From the IMG/VR virus record IMGVR_UViG_3300037067_014415, positions 21,692 to 85,691 of that record: a stretch of DNA of 64,000 nt. The stretch is one strand, 5' to 3'. Made by a program: the position numbers and the translations under genes. Source of the DNA: a virus (Duplodnaviria; Caudoviricetes). Below are positions 20,586 through 29,781 of this stretch, one piece after another (position 1 is the first letter of the stretch; each line of letters starts with the position of its first letter). Below the pieces are notes generated by a model that was given only the letters and a program-made list of their open reading frames with translations, did no database searches and was not told the origin of the DNA.

Positions 20586-21044
20586 ATGATATTAAAAAAT
20601 GGTCGTTATTTCGATGAAAATAACAATAACTGGAATTCACAATGGTGCACAGAAGATCAAGCAAAAAGAAATTCAGAAAGTTTAATTAATTGCAGTGATT
20701 GCAGTGATTGCCATGATTGCAGAGGTTGTAGTGATTGCATTAATTGCAGAGGTTGCAGTTATTGCAGTGATTGCGGTGGTTGTAGTGATTGCCGTGATTG
20801 CCGTGATTTTAAAAACAATCCTCAAAGATATGTAACACTAAACATAGGGTCACGAAATTCACAAACATACTTTTACTTTAATACTGAAAAAAATCAAGTT
20901 ATTTGTGGGTGTTTTAATAGAACATTAGATGAATTTGAGAAAAAAGTTTTATCTGTTTATTCAGGTAATGAACAACATGGAATTGATTACAGAAAACAGA
21001 TTCAAATAATGCGGTATTTACTGGAACAAAATAATGGAAATTAA
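20586..21044 (+). CDS. protein with period-3 Cys repeat
   Basis: 13 Cys at xxC spacing; C-terminal IGSR...VICGCF domain. Confidence 0.7.
   Translation: MILKNGRYFDENNNNWNSQWCTEDQAKRNSESLINCSDCSDCHDCRGCSDCINCRGCSYCSDCGGCSDCRDCRDFKNNPQRYVTLNIGSRNSQTYFYFNTEKNQVICGCFNRTLDEFEKKVLSVYSGNEQHGIDYRKQIQIMRYLLEQNNGN
20688..20810 (+). repeat. degenerate 9-bp coding tandem repeat (TGCAGTGAT-like)
   Basis: encodes (C-x-x)n. Confidence 0.85.
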
Positions 21045-21351
21045 AAATTTTGACAGTATTCCTGAAAAATATAGATACCGAGGGTCCACAGAAATAAACA
21101 TTGACTCATATAATCCTGGTGTATATCGATGTAAAGAATGTAATTCCAACCAATTAGACCATTATTTTGAAAATCCTGGTGGGTTGTGCGGGTTTACTAT
21201 GGCAGTTCCCTGGTTACCTCCAGAAATTAGAGATGATGGTTATCACGAAAGATTTGGTCATGTGTGGGAGTGTCAAGAATGCTTTACTGTACAGTGGCAT
21301 CATATAGGTATTGACTTTATAAAAAAAGTTTTTGAGTGGAAAGATGATTGA
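21034..21351 (+). CDS. zinc-ribbon hypothetical protein
   Basis: CKEC and CQEC pairs. Confidence 0.6.
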   Translation: MEIKNFDSIPEKYRYRGSTEINIDSYNPGVYRCKECNSNQLDHYFENPGGLCGFTMAVPWLPPEIRDDGYHERFGHVWECQECFTVQWHHIGIDFIKKVFEWKDD

Positions 21352-21411
21352 TTTGTTTTAAAAGGTGTGATAGATTAAAAATGCGAGCAGAAATTTAACA
21401 AACAGGAGGAT

Positions 21412-21488
21412 AATCCAGACAGTTTTAGACAGCCCTTAATCCTGTAGGGTATGTTCGCCACATGGTCTAAACTGTCTGGATTTTTTTT
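21412..21488 (+). ncRNA. structured leader/attenuator (long stem enclosing two hairpins, then U-tract)
   Basis: AATCCAGACAGTTTTAGAC / GTCTAAACTGTCTGGATT inverted repeat with inner GCCCT/AGGGT and ATGT/ACAT stems. Confidence 0.6.
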
Positions 21489-21492
21489 ATTT

Positions 21493-21864
21493 ATGCAAAA
21501 CAAAGAAGATCCAATTAAAAAGACAACAGAAAGTGGCAACACAGAATTTGTCTTTCAATCAATGTACACCATAAAAGAGCTTTTAAAAATAAAAAATTTT
21601 GCAGAATTGTATGCTTTATATAGCTATTATACATATAAAGTATTAGAAAAAAAATCAGAATTTATTAAAATTCCAACAACAAATGTCATAAAAGATTTAA
21701 AATGGTCAATAGAAAAAATCAACAAGTATAAAAAAATATTAGTTTCTATTGGATTAATAAAAATATTAAATGATAGAAGTTTCGGTAATGGAAGGTTTTT
21801 AAATCAACAAATTGAGGTTAAATCTTATCCTTTCTCTTATTATGAAAAAGCAAGGACAAAATAA
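21493..21864 (+). CDS. winged-HTH DNA-binding protein
   Basis: KDLKWSIEKINKYKKILVSIGLI HTH pattern; start assumed at MQNKED. Confidence 0.55.
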   Translation: MQNKEDPIKKTTESGNTEFVFQSMYTIKELLKIKNFAELYALYSYYTYKVLEKKSEFIKIPTTNVIKDLKWSIEKINKYKKILVSIGLIKILNDRSFGNGRFLNQQIEVKSYPFSYYEKARTK

Positions 21865-21866
21865 TT

Positions 21867-23270
21867 ATGGAAAACACAAGTTATTATCGAAACACATTAA
21901 ATTATGGAAATTATATTAGCATAAATCGAACAATTCTCATATGTCTTGGTGATGCTGCTATTATTTTAACTGAATTAATTAAAAAAGAAGATGAATTAAT
22001 ATACAGTAAAAAAATAGAAAATAATGGTTTTTTTTATTTTCTTATTGGTGAATTTATTCAAAAAACTCCTTTTTACAAAAATAAAATAATTGATATTTTA
22101 TCACAATTGGAAAGTTTAAATCTTGTATTGAAAGAAAAAAGGGGGAAACCAGAAAAAACCTTTTATAAAATAAACTACAAAGTAATAGAAAAAATGCTTT
22201 CAGAAAAATGCATTTTAAATATAGACATGAATTCCCCACAAAGAAGAAAAAAACTCTGTACTGAAAAGTGCAAAGTGCTTAAAAGTAGGTTGCAGTCTGC
22301 AACTAACCTAGGTTGCAATCTGCAACCTACCCAGGATGCAGATTGCAACTCCTATCTTAGATCAGAATTTATTAATCAGAATTTAATTAATAGAAGAATT
22401 CAGACTTCAAAGAAGTCTGATAAACCAACATTTTCTATAAATAAATTTATTTATGAAACAATCAAAGATATAGTGCCTATGGGTAAATTTAAGAATAGGA
22501 TATCAGAATCCGCCGCCAGCTGCTCAAAGGTGGTTAAAAAGGCTGAAACGTTCCTTTTGGCATTAAAAAATGGCACTTTGAAAAGCGATTATGTGTTTGA
22601 TAGTAAATGGGCACATGAAAATGCAATTAGTTTTGACAGTTTAAGGAGTAAAGATTTTTCTAATGATGATGAATTTAAGGAATTTGTAGTAAAAGCTGTT
22701 AAACGGTTTGGAAGAATGAAAATGGAAGGGTATTCGCCTTATGATAAGAGAGTATTAACAAATAGTGTTGATGAGTTCTTTTACAGTCCATATGCAAAAA
22801 AGAGCTGGTTTTTGGTGTGTGTGTTTAATCAACCGGAAAAGGTGGGTGATAAAGCAGACCAGGTAAACAAAGAAAAGAATGATATTTTTGTTAATGAATT
22901 ATCAGATAAGGATAAAAAGGCTTTTTTGTCTGGATGTAAAAAGGATTGGCTGAATGATGTGTATATTGATAAAGCAAGAAAAATCTATGAATGGTATGCA
23001 AAGAATTGGCCAAGTATCAGGAAGTATTGGAAGTACAAGGATGAGCATTACCACGATTATTTACCTAAATTTGGTACTTTTATATTGTTTTTTGAAAAAT
23101 ATAATGAGTTTTCCAGTACGTGGAAAGATTGGAAGTTAAGTAATTTTGGGTATGGAAATAAGACCTGGGATATATTTGTGAAGTGGGCAAAGATAGCGCA
23201 TGAAATGGATTTGACTGTTCCAAATGATAGTGATATTGAAAAAGTAAAAAAGGCGTATGAAAGGAGATAG
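21867..23270 (+). CDS. replication initiator-like protein (N-terminal wHTH)
   Basis: AAIILTELI...ILSQLESLNLV...GKPEKTFYKIN Rep-type HTH; internal iterons. Confidence 0.65.
   Translation: MENTSYYRNTLNYGNYISINRTILICLGDAAIILTELIKKEDELIYSKKIENNGFFYFLIGEFIQKTPFYKNKIIDILSQLESLNLVLKEKRGKPEKTFYKINYKVIEKMLSEKCILNIDMNSPQRRKKLCTEKCKVLKSRLQSATNLGCNLQPTQDADCNSYLRSEFINQNLINRRIQTSKKSDKPTFSINKFIYETIKDIVPMGKFKNRISESAASCSKVVKKAETFLLALKNGTLKSDYVFDSKWAHENAISFDSLRSKDFSNDDEFKEFVVKAVKRFGRMKMEGYSPYDKRVLTNSVDEFFYSPYAKKSWFLVCVFNQPEKVGDKADQVNKEKNDIFVNELSDKDKKAFLSGCKKDWLNDVYIDKARKIYEWYAKNWPSIRKYWKYKDEHYHDYLPKFGTFILFFEKYNEFSSTWKDWKLSNFGYGNKTWDIFVKWAKIAHEMDLTVPNDSDIEKVKKAYERR
22286..22344. repeat. iteron-like repeats, candidate replication origin
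   Basis: GTTGCAGTCTGCAAC, GTTGCAATCTGCAAC and an inverted TGCAGATTGCAAC copy, clustered inside the Rep gene. Confidence 0.65.
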
Positions 23271-23272
23271 AT

Positions 23273-24334
23273 ATGGCAAAGGTGAAAAAAGAAGAGTTGG
23301 ACATATATTTATCGGAAAACAAAGAAAAATTTAAAACTTTTATTCGTGCATATAATAAGGAAAATGGTAAAATTCCAAATTATGAGGCATTTATGAAAGA
23401 ATTTGAGGTTACAAAATATCAGGCTGGGTTGATATATAGAATGTTGCAGGAACCAAAAGAAAATTTCTTTAAAATCAATTATAACAACAGAAAAATTGTG
23501 GAAGATAATAAAGTTGTAAAAGATGAGTTTCATTGGATTTTTAATATATTACGGTGGGTGATTGCTGTTGTGTGTTTTGGTGCAGGAGCGGTGAGTATAA
23601 ATAACACAGCAAAATGGGCAAATGAGTACTATGGGGTTTTTTGGGGTTTTGTGGTTGCTGTGACTGTTATTGTTGTCACAGCTTGCTCATTGGACATTGC
23701 AAAAATTTGTTTTTTGAGAAGAAGAAGGTTTTTAGGTGTTATGTTTGTTATTATAATGATAATTGGTTTGTGTATATCAATAACATCAACAATAGCATCT
23801 CAGTACAATGAGAAAATAAAGGTGTCAGATGTGGGTATTGTGAGAGAATCAAATGTTCTTGCAAAAAAGGGAGAGTTTGATATCTATCTAGACAAAGAGA
23901 ATCAAATTAGTGCATCTATTCAGGACAGGAAAGAGCAGAGATTGGGTTACAAAAATATAGTTGATAAATTTGATAGTGTTGAAAAGGTAAAAGCGGATAA
24001 AGGAATTTATGACAATACAATTAAAAAAATGGAAGCTTTAAATAAAGAGATAAAAGAATATGAAAAGGAATTAGAAGATGTTAGAAGTCTTAAACAGAGT
24101 TATTATGAAAAAGAAAAAAATGTTGTTAGTTTGGTTACAGGTGTTGATAATAGAAAATCGTTTTATGTGCAGATGGGAAAGATATTAGGTAATATTGATC
24201 CAATGTATGTGGAATTTTGGATGTCAGTGTTTGTGGCAATATTTTTTGATTTGTTGGTGCCATTTTCATTATCATTTGTTTTTTTAATTGGAGGAAAAGA
24301 TGACAAAAGAAGAGCTAAAGATACAGTTAAGTAA
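23273..24334 (+). CDS. membrane protein with coiled coil
   Basis: three N-terminal TM helices, long coiled coil, C-terminal TM. Confidence 0.65.
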   Translation: MAKVKKEELDIYLSENKEKFKTFIRAYNKENGKIPNYEAFMKEFEVTKYQAGLIYRMLQEPKENFFKINYNNRKIVEDNKVVKDEFHWIFNILRWVIAVVCFGAGAVSINNTAKWANEYYGVFWGFVVAVTVIVVTACSLDIAKICFLRRRRFLGVMFVIIMIIGLCISITSTIASQYNEKIKVSDVGIVRESNVLAKKGEFDIYLDKENQISASIQDRKEQRLGYKNIVDKFDSVEKVKADKGIYDNTIKKMEALNKEIKEYEKELEDVRSLKQSYYEKEKNVVSLVTGVDNRKSFYVQMGKILGNIDPMYVEFWMSVFVAIFFDLLVPFSLSFVFLIGGKDDKRRAKDTVK

Positions 24335-25294
24335 TTTAGAAAAAAAGCATGAAGCAGATAAAAAGGAGTTATTGCAAATATATGCAGAAAGTAATAATCC
24401 TTATAAGATCGATGATATTGTGACTGATCATAGGGGTTCAATAAAAGTGGATAAAATTACTTGTCACTATGATGGTACTTGTATTTATTGGGGTTTAAAA
24501 GTTAAGAAGGATGGTTCTTTTTATAGAACCATGCAGCGAGAATGTGTTTACCAAAAAAATGTTAGATGAGGGATAGTGGTATGAAGATTGAAGATACAAA
24601 AGGAAATGAGGTTGATTGTAAAATTGAGTTGCCTGGTAATGGTTTTAGTGTGGGTTGTGATATAAAAAGAAGTGCTATTAAACGCTTTTTTAAAACAAGA
24701 TTGAAAGTGTGGGTGTCTTTTGATAATTGCACAAAGTTACTGAGTGTGTATGTAAATGATAATTGTTTGTTTGAGGTTAGATTATGTTAACTAAAGCAGA
24801 ACTTATTAAAAAGCATTTAGACCAGGTGCATTATATAATAGACAAAGGGTATAAATACCTGAATGATAAAGATAAGGATTTAGTGTCCCATTGTCAGGTA
24901 AGATTAATTGGGGGAAGAGATACTTCATTCCATCAGCAAAAATGGATAAATGATATTATTAAGAAAGTTGAAAATAAACTAGGAGATGAGAGATATGGAA
25001 AATGAAGTTTTGGATGCAGTAAGAAATGTTAATGAGAAGTTATGGGAAAAATTTGGGGATGATTATGAGAGCACATTGAGATATCATACAGATGGATATA
25101 ATGATAGGGTAGTTTATTTAGGTGATAGAATTTGGTGTACAGATGATGAGGGTGATAGAAAGTATGAGGAAAATGATGAGGGAACTGATTTGGATTGTGT
25201 GGAGTCTTTGTATGATTTTCTTGTTAGAACAGTAAATGCTGTAAATAGAGCTTTGGCAGATAAGGTGTTGGAGGTGTCAAATGTTAAATTTTGA
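24288..25294 (+). other. four small hypothetical ORFs (24288, 24566, 24784, 24986)
   Basis: overlapping + strand ORFs of 73-102 aa. Confidence 0.6.
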
Positions 25295-25802
25295 AATCGA
25301 AGATGGGGATTGTGTGATTAGAGAGCAAATTGATTTTTTACTAGATTTAATTGACAATAAAAGAAATTTGTTTTTTGATGTTGGAAGTAGAGCGTATGGT
25401 GTTCAGACAGTGGAATCTGATTTTGATTTGCTTATACCAAGCAGTGATTGGTTTGATGTTGTTGATAAGTGGAAAGATAGACAGGGAGTTGAACTTAATA
25501 ATTGTATTTTTAATTTTTATAAAAAGAATATCAGTGCCTGGAATATAGAATTTAAAGTATATAGTTTTTATATGAAAATAGATGAAAAAACAATTGATGT
25601 GCTTATATGTTTTGGAGTGAATAATTTTAGAGCATGGAAAATGGCAACTAAATGGATGGAAGAATTGTGTTCAAAAGACATGCATTTTAAAGCTATGGTG
25701 AGAGATAATAAGCAGATTCGGTATAGATTATTTGAGCAGTTTGTTGATTCGTGGTTACAGGTAATTGGTGATGACCGAAATAATTGTTTATATAAGATGT
25801 AA
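25281..25802 (+). CDS. nucleotidyltransferase (Pol-beta superfamily)
   Basis: GSRAYG...SDFDLL signature. Confidence 0.7.
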   Translation: MLNFEIEDGDCVIREQIDFLLDLIDNKRNLFFDVGSRAYGVQTVESDFDLLIPSSDWFDVVDKWKDRQGVELNNCIFNFYKKNISAWNIEFKVYSFYMKIDEKTIDVLICFGVNNFRAWKMATKWMEELCSKDMHFKAMVRDNKQIRYRLFEQFVDSWLQVIGDDRNNCLYKM

Positions 25803-25810
25803 AAAGGAGT

Positions 25811-26065
25811 GTGTTTATGACAAGATATAAATTTCTAAAAAGAAATGTAGTAATTAATCATTATAGAATTTTAAGGGGTAATCGAGTGATTCGTGAAATG
25901 CTCCATGAAATTGATAAGTGTTTAAAGCTGGATAAACGTAAAGCTGAAAGTGAAGGTAAAAAATTATTTTTTATTAGAAATTATCAGTGGTTAAGTAAAA
26001 AGAACCAGGTTAAATATAAGCATATGCATGAGATGAGAATAGAATTATCAGGAATACTTTTATAA
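25811..26065 (+). CDS. hypothetical protein
   Basis: 84 aa, AAGGAG RBS. Confidence 0.55.
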   Translation: MFMTRYKFLKRNVVINHYRILRGNRVIREMLHEIDKCLKLDKRKAESEGKKLFFIRNYQWLSKKNQVKYKHMHEMRIELSGILL

Positions 26066-26071
26066 AAGTGC

Positions 26072-26100
26072 TTGACATTAACTATAATTTATGTTATGGT
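26072..26100 (+). promoter_or_regulatory. sigma70-type promoter P2
   Basis: TTGACA-17 nt-TATGGT with TG extension. Confidence 0.75.
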
Positions 26101-26110
26101 TTGAGGTAGT

Positions 26111-26320
26111 TTGGAGGGTGTGGTGATAGATAAAATAATTATTGATTTGGATGGATTCCTGTCTAAAGATCAGGAGTTGACCTCGTCTCCGGATATAACG
26201 ATAGAGAATAAGATTGGTGAAGAAGTGTGTTGTTTTGAATTAAATAATGAAGATGTGGTGAAAATTGTTTGTTTGTTGCATGAAATAGCAATTAATAAAA
26301 GGATTAACATATATGAGTGA
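26111..26320 (+). CDS. hypothetical protein
   Basis: 69 aa, TTG start after GAGGT. Confidence 0.55.
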   Translation: MEGVVIDKIIIDLDGFLSKDQELTSSPDITIENKIGEEVCCFELNNEDVVKIVCLLHEIAINKRINIYE

Positions 26321-26329
26321 GGTGTTATA

Positions 26330-27532
26330 GTGTTAAATAAGATACAAATACAGAATTTTCAAATACATGAAAATGTGGAATTGTCGTTCTGTCCTGGGAT
26401 AAACTTGATTGTAGGTGTGAGTGAGCATGGGAAGTCTGCTATTTTCAGAGCATTATATTGGTTAATCGAGAATAAACCAGATGGTTCTGAATACTGTTCA
26501 TTCTGGAATCGTGATTTAAAAGGAAATATTGTAAAAGATATATCAGTGTCCAGTTGGTGGGATAATGGTGTTTTAGCTCATAAAAGGGATAGTAAAGTAA
26601 ATGGTTATGTGTTAAATGACCAGGAATTTACAGCGTTAAATAGAGCAGTTCCAGATGAAGTTTTGAGAATGCTTAATTTGAATGAAGTAAATGTCCAGAA
26701 ACAAGACGACAGGCAGTACCTTCTATTTGAGACAGAAGGTGAAGTGGCCAGAGTTTTTAATAAAATGGTTCGACTTGATACAATTGATCTGGTGTTATCT
26801 AGTGTGAAGTCAAAGGCTAGAAAGGCAAGCAGTGAGTTAAAAGTTTTTGAAGAAGAGCAAGTGAGATTAGTAGAAGAGCTAGTGCAGTATAAAAATTTGG
26901 ATGCTGTTGTTAGTTTGATTGACAGTACTCAAATATTAGAAACAAGTAATCAGGAAGATGAAAAGCAAAAGACTGTTTTGAATGGGTTGTTAAGTGAGTA
27001 TGAGGTAAATGAGAAAATAATTGATGGTTTGGGGTTTATTGAGGAAGTCGATGATTTGATCAGTCAATTTGAAACATTGAATAGTGAAAATTTGGTGGAT
27101 AGACAGAGAGAGCTGCAGTTATCAGATGATTTAAAGGAATATGAAAATAATGTTAAAGTGATTGATGTGTGGGAACAGGTCAAAGAAGTAGAAGCATTAA
27201 TCAAGGAAGCAGAAGATATTCAGACTGATATTAATGATATAAGTAAACGGCAGGTTGGTTTAAGTAATGATCTGGAATATTTTAGAACACAGCGAAGAAT
27301 AAAAAAGGAACTGTTATTTGTTAATGAAATTGAAGTTGATATATTGAATTTAGAAAAAGAATATCAGGAGTTGGATAGAGATATGAATAAAAGGAAGGTG
27401 TTGATGTCTATGATGGTGGAATATAAGAATAGTGTGGTAGAAATTAAAGATTTTGAAGCAGAATATCTAGAATTGGAGTTAACATTACCGGATATATGCC
27501 CTTTGTGTGGATTGAAGAAGGAAGAAGTATGA
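26330..27532 (+). CDS. sbcC: SbcC/Rad50-like ATPase, N-terminal half with zinc hook
   Basis: Walker A GVSEHGKS, Q-loop VQKQ, coiled coil, terminal CPLCG. Confidence 0.85.
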   Translation: MLNKIQIQNFQIHENVELSFCPGINLIVGVSEHGKSAIFRALYWLIENKPDGSEYCSFWNRDLKGNIVKDISVSSWWDNGVLAHKRDSKVNGYVLNDQEFTALNRAVPDEVLRMLNLNEVNVQKQDDRQYLLFETEGEVARVFNKMVRLDTIDLVLSSVKSKARKASSELKVFEEEQVRLVEELVQYKNLDAVVSLIDSTQILETSNQEDEKQKTVLNGLLSEYEVNEKIIDGLGFIEEVDDLISQFETLNSENLVDRQRELQLSDDLKEYENNVKVIDVWEQVKEVEALIKEAEDIQTDINDISKRQVGLSNDLEYFRTQRRIKKELLFVNEIEVDILNLEKEYQELDRDMNKRKVLMSMMVEYKNSVVEIKDFEAEYLELELTLPDICPLCGLKKEEV

Positions 27533-28452
27533 AATTAATAGTAGTGTCTGATGATCATTTAAGGGATGATCTTCCTATTTGTCGAAATGATATTGATTGG
27601 ATTGGTGTGCAAAGGGACGCAGAAGAATTTGTGTACAAAAAGGCAATTGAACATGGTTGTACAATTGTTTGTAGGACAGGTGATATATTTAATCAATCAA
27701 TTGTAGTTCCAGAAATATACAATATGATGTTGGATGTTATTTGTAAGTATGGGGTTCAAGGAGTTGAAACATATATACTTCCAGGCAACCATGATTTATA
27801 TTTTCACAATTTTGATGCTATTAGTAAATCATCATTTGGTGGTTTGTGGAATATAGCAAAAAGTAGTGCGTTTTTACACACATACCATGATTTAAGAGAT
27901 TCTGTGGGAATACCTTATGGGAAATTGAATTTAAAAGATGGAAAGCCTGTTATTTCGTCTTCTGCAAAATATGTTTTTTTGCATGAATTGTCATTTAAGG
28001 ATGAGAAAAGCAGACCTATGCAGAAGGGGTTTATTGCACAGGAATTGTTGGATATGTTTCCTGTAGCACAGTATATTTTTATTGGTGATAATCATAGAAA
28101 TTATGTGTATGAAAATAATAACCGGTATGTAATTTCTCCGGGATGCCTAGTAAGACAGACAATAGACCTGGTTGATTATAAGGCTGGTTTTTATTTTGTG
28201 GATACTGATAAGGGGGATATTGAACGAATTGACTATGATGATGGAAAATTGTCATATGAATATTTGTCACAAAAAAAAGAAGATGCAAGATTTGATAAGA
28301 AAATTGAAAATTTTGTGGACTCCCTTTCCAGTGATGGTGAGGTATCTGTTGATTTTGTTGATAATTTGAAAAGAGAAGCAGATGCTAATTCAGAGGAATT
28401 AGGAACTGCTAGTGAAATAATTTATGAGGTTTTAGAGGAGTTATGTTTATGA
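27529..28452 (+). CDS. sbcD: SbcD/Mre11-like nuclease
   Basis: SDDH, TGD, GNHD, GDNH metallophosphoesterase motifs. Confidence 0.9.
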   Translation: MKLIVVSDDHLRDDLPICRNDIDWIGVQRDAEEFVYKKAIEHGCTIVCRTGDIFNQSIVVPEIYNMMLDVICKYGVQGVETYILPGNHDLYFHNFDAISKSSFGGLWNIAKSSAFLHTYHDLRDSVGIPYGKLNLKDGKPVISSSAKYVFLHELSFKDEKSRPMQKGFIAQELLDMFPVAQYIFIGDNHRNYVYENNNRYVISPGCLVRQTIDLVDYKAGFYFVDTDKGDIERIDYDDGKLSYEYLSQKKEDARFDKKIENFVDSLSSDGEVSVDFVDNLKREADANSEELGTASEIIYEVLEELCL

Positions 28453-28700
28453 AGGTGACTACAGTTGAAGATGTTACAAAAGTTAAAGCAAAAATGGCAA
28501 AGTTGAAAGCAAAAAGTGATAAAGCACAAGGAGTAATCGAGTCTATCCAGAAGAAATTTAAGGATGAGTATAAGCTGGATGATGTAAAAGCAGTGAAGTT
28601 GGAAATTGATACTTTAGATAAAAAGATTGAGAAGCGAAAAGAGCGGATGAGTGTTGTGTGTGAAAAGATTGAAAAAGTGTATGATTGGGAAAGTGTATGA
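28449..28700 (+). CDS. small coiled-coil protein
   Basis: 83 aa heptad-rich ORF between SbcD and the SbcC C-half. Confidence 0.65.
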   Translation: MKVTTVEDVTKVKAKMAKLKAKSDKAQGVIESIQKKFKDEYKLDDVKAVKLEIDTLDKKIEKRKERMSVVCEKIEKVYDWESV

Positions 28701-29320
28701 GAGAATTGTCTTTTTATTCAAAGAAAATAAATGAATTGAAGGGTAAAAAAGAATATCTTTTGAAACGACAGGTTGTTGTTGAAACGGGTATTGGTGATTT
28801 AAAAAAGCGAGTGCTTAATATTGAAAAGGCACAGGTGTTTATTCAGGATGTTGCTGCCAGGACGCAAAATGCTTTGAAGTTTAATGTGGAAGGGATTGTA
28901 CAGCTGGCATTAGATGCTGTGTTCCTAAAAGAGCAGTATAAATTTGAAATTAATTTTGTGATAAAAAGAGATAAAACAGAGGCATCTTTGTCAGTCAATA
29001 AAAATGGTTTTGAAATGACACCGAAAGATTCTAATGGTGGTGGTTTAAAGGACATCTTGGGATTGGCTTTACGGTTTGCTTTATGGAAGTATTCCAGATC
29101 AAGGAAATTAATTTTATTGGATGAGCCATTTAAAAACTTGTCTAAAGATTTACAGAGTAAAGCAGGTGAAATTTTAAAATTGTTAAGTCAGAAATTAGGT
29201 ATACAGATTATTATGATTACCCATGAACAGGAATTGATGGAAATTGCTGATAAAACATTTGAGATCCAAAAAGTCAAAGATGGTGAGTGGGAAAAGTCTG
29301 TGGTGGTTGTAAGGAATTAA
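28697..29320 (+). CDS. sbcC: SbcC/Rad50-like ATPase, C-terminal half
   Basis: SNGGG signature, LLDEPF Walker B, ITH H-loop. Confidence 0.85.
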   Translation: MRELSFYSKKINELKGKKEYLLKRQVVVETGIGDLKKRVLNIEKAQVFIQDVAARTQNALKFNVEGIVQLALDAVFLKEQYKFEINFVIKRDKTEASLSVNKNGFEMTPKDSNGGGLKDILGLALRFALWKYSRSRKLILLDEPFKNLSKDLQSKAGEILKLLSQKLGIQIIMITHEQELMEIADKTFEIQKVKDGEWEKSVVVVRN

Positions 29321-29781
29321 TGGATAAGTTATTTTTGCAGTATAAAAAATTGATTGATAAAAAAGCCTACCAGGTGTCCATGAAGTGGAAGTATGATGTG
29401 GATGATCTTAAATCAGAAGGTTATTTGATATTTTTAGAGTCATTAAAAAAATATGATGAGAGCAAAGCAAAGTTTTCTACATATTTGACATGGAATTTGA
29501 AACGATTAGAGAATATATGTAGAGATGATAAAAAGAAGCAAGAAGTTGTTTTCAGTATTGAAAATATAGATGATATTGGTATAAGTCAGGAGATGTTTAT
29601 TAAGTCAATTAATCAAATTGATAAATTGTCTATGGATGCCAGGAGAGTGCTTGAAATTGTGTTGGCTGATCCAGCTGGAAAGCATAATAAACATATTCAT
29701 TCAAAGATGTTAAAAAGGAATTTTGCTTGGGTAAGAGGAACATGGAATGAAATAAGAGAATGGTTAAAGGATGGGGATTGA
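29320..29781 (+). CDS. RNA polymerase sigma-factor-like protein (region 2, degenerate region 4)
   Basis: DDLKSEGYLIFLESLKKYDESKAKFSTYL region-2 motif. Confidence 0.75.
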   Translation: MDKLFLQYKKLIDKKAYQVSMKWKYDVDDLKSEGYLIFLESLKKYDESKAKFSTYLTWNLKRLENICRDDKKKQEVVFSIENIDDIGISQEMFIKSINQIDKLSMDARRVLEIVLADPAGKHNKHIHSKMLKRNFAWVRGTWNEIREWLKDGD

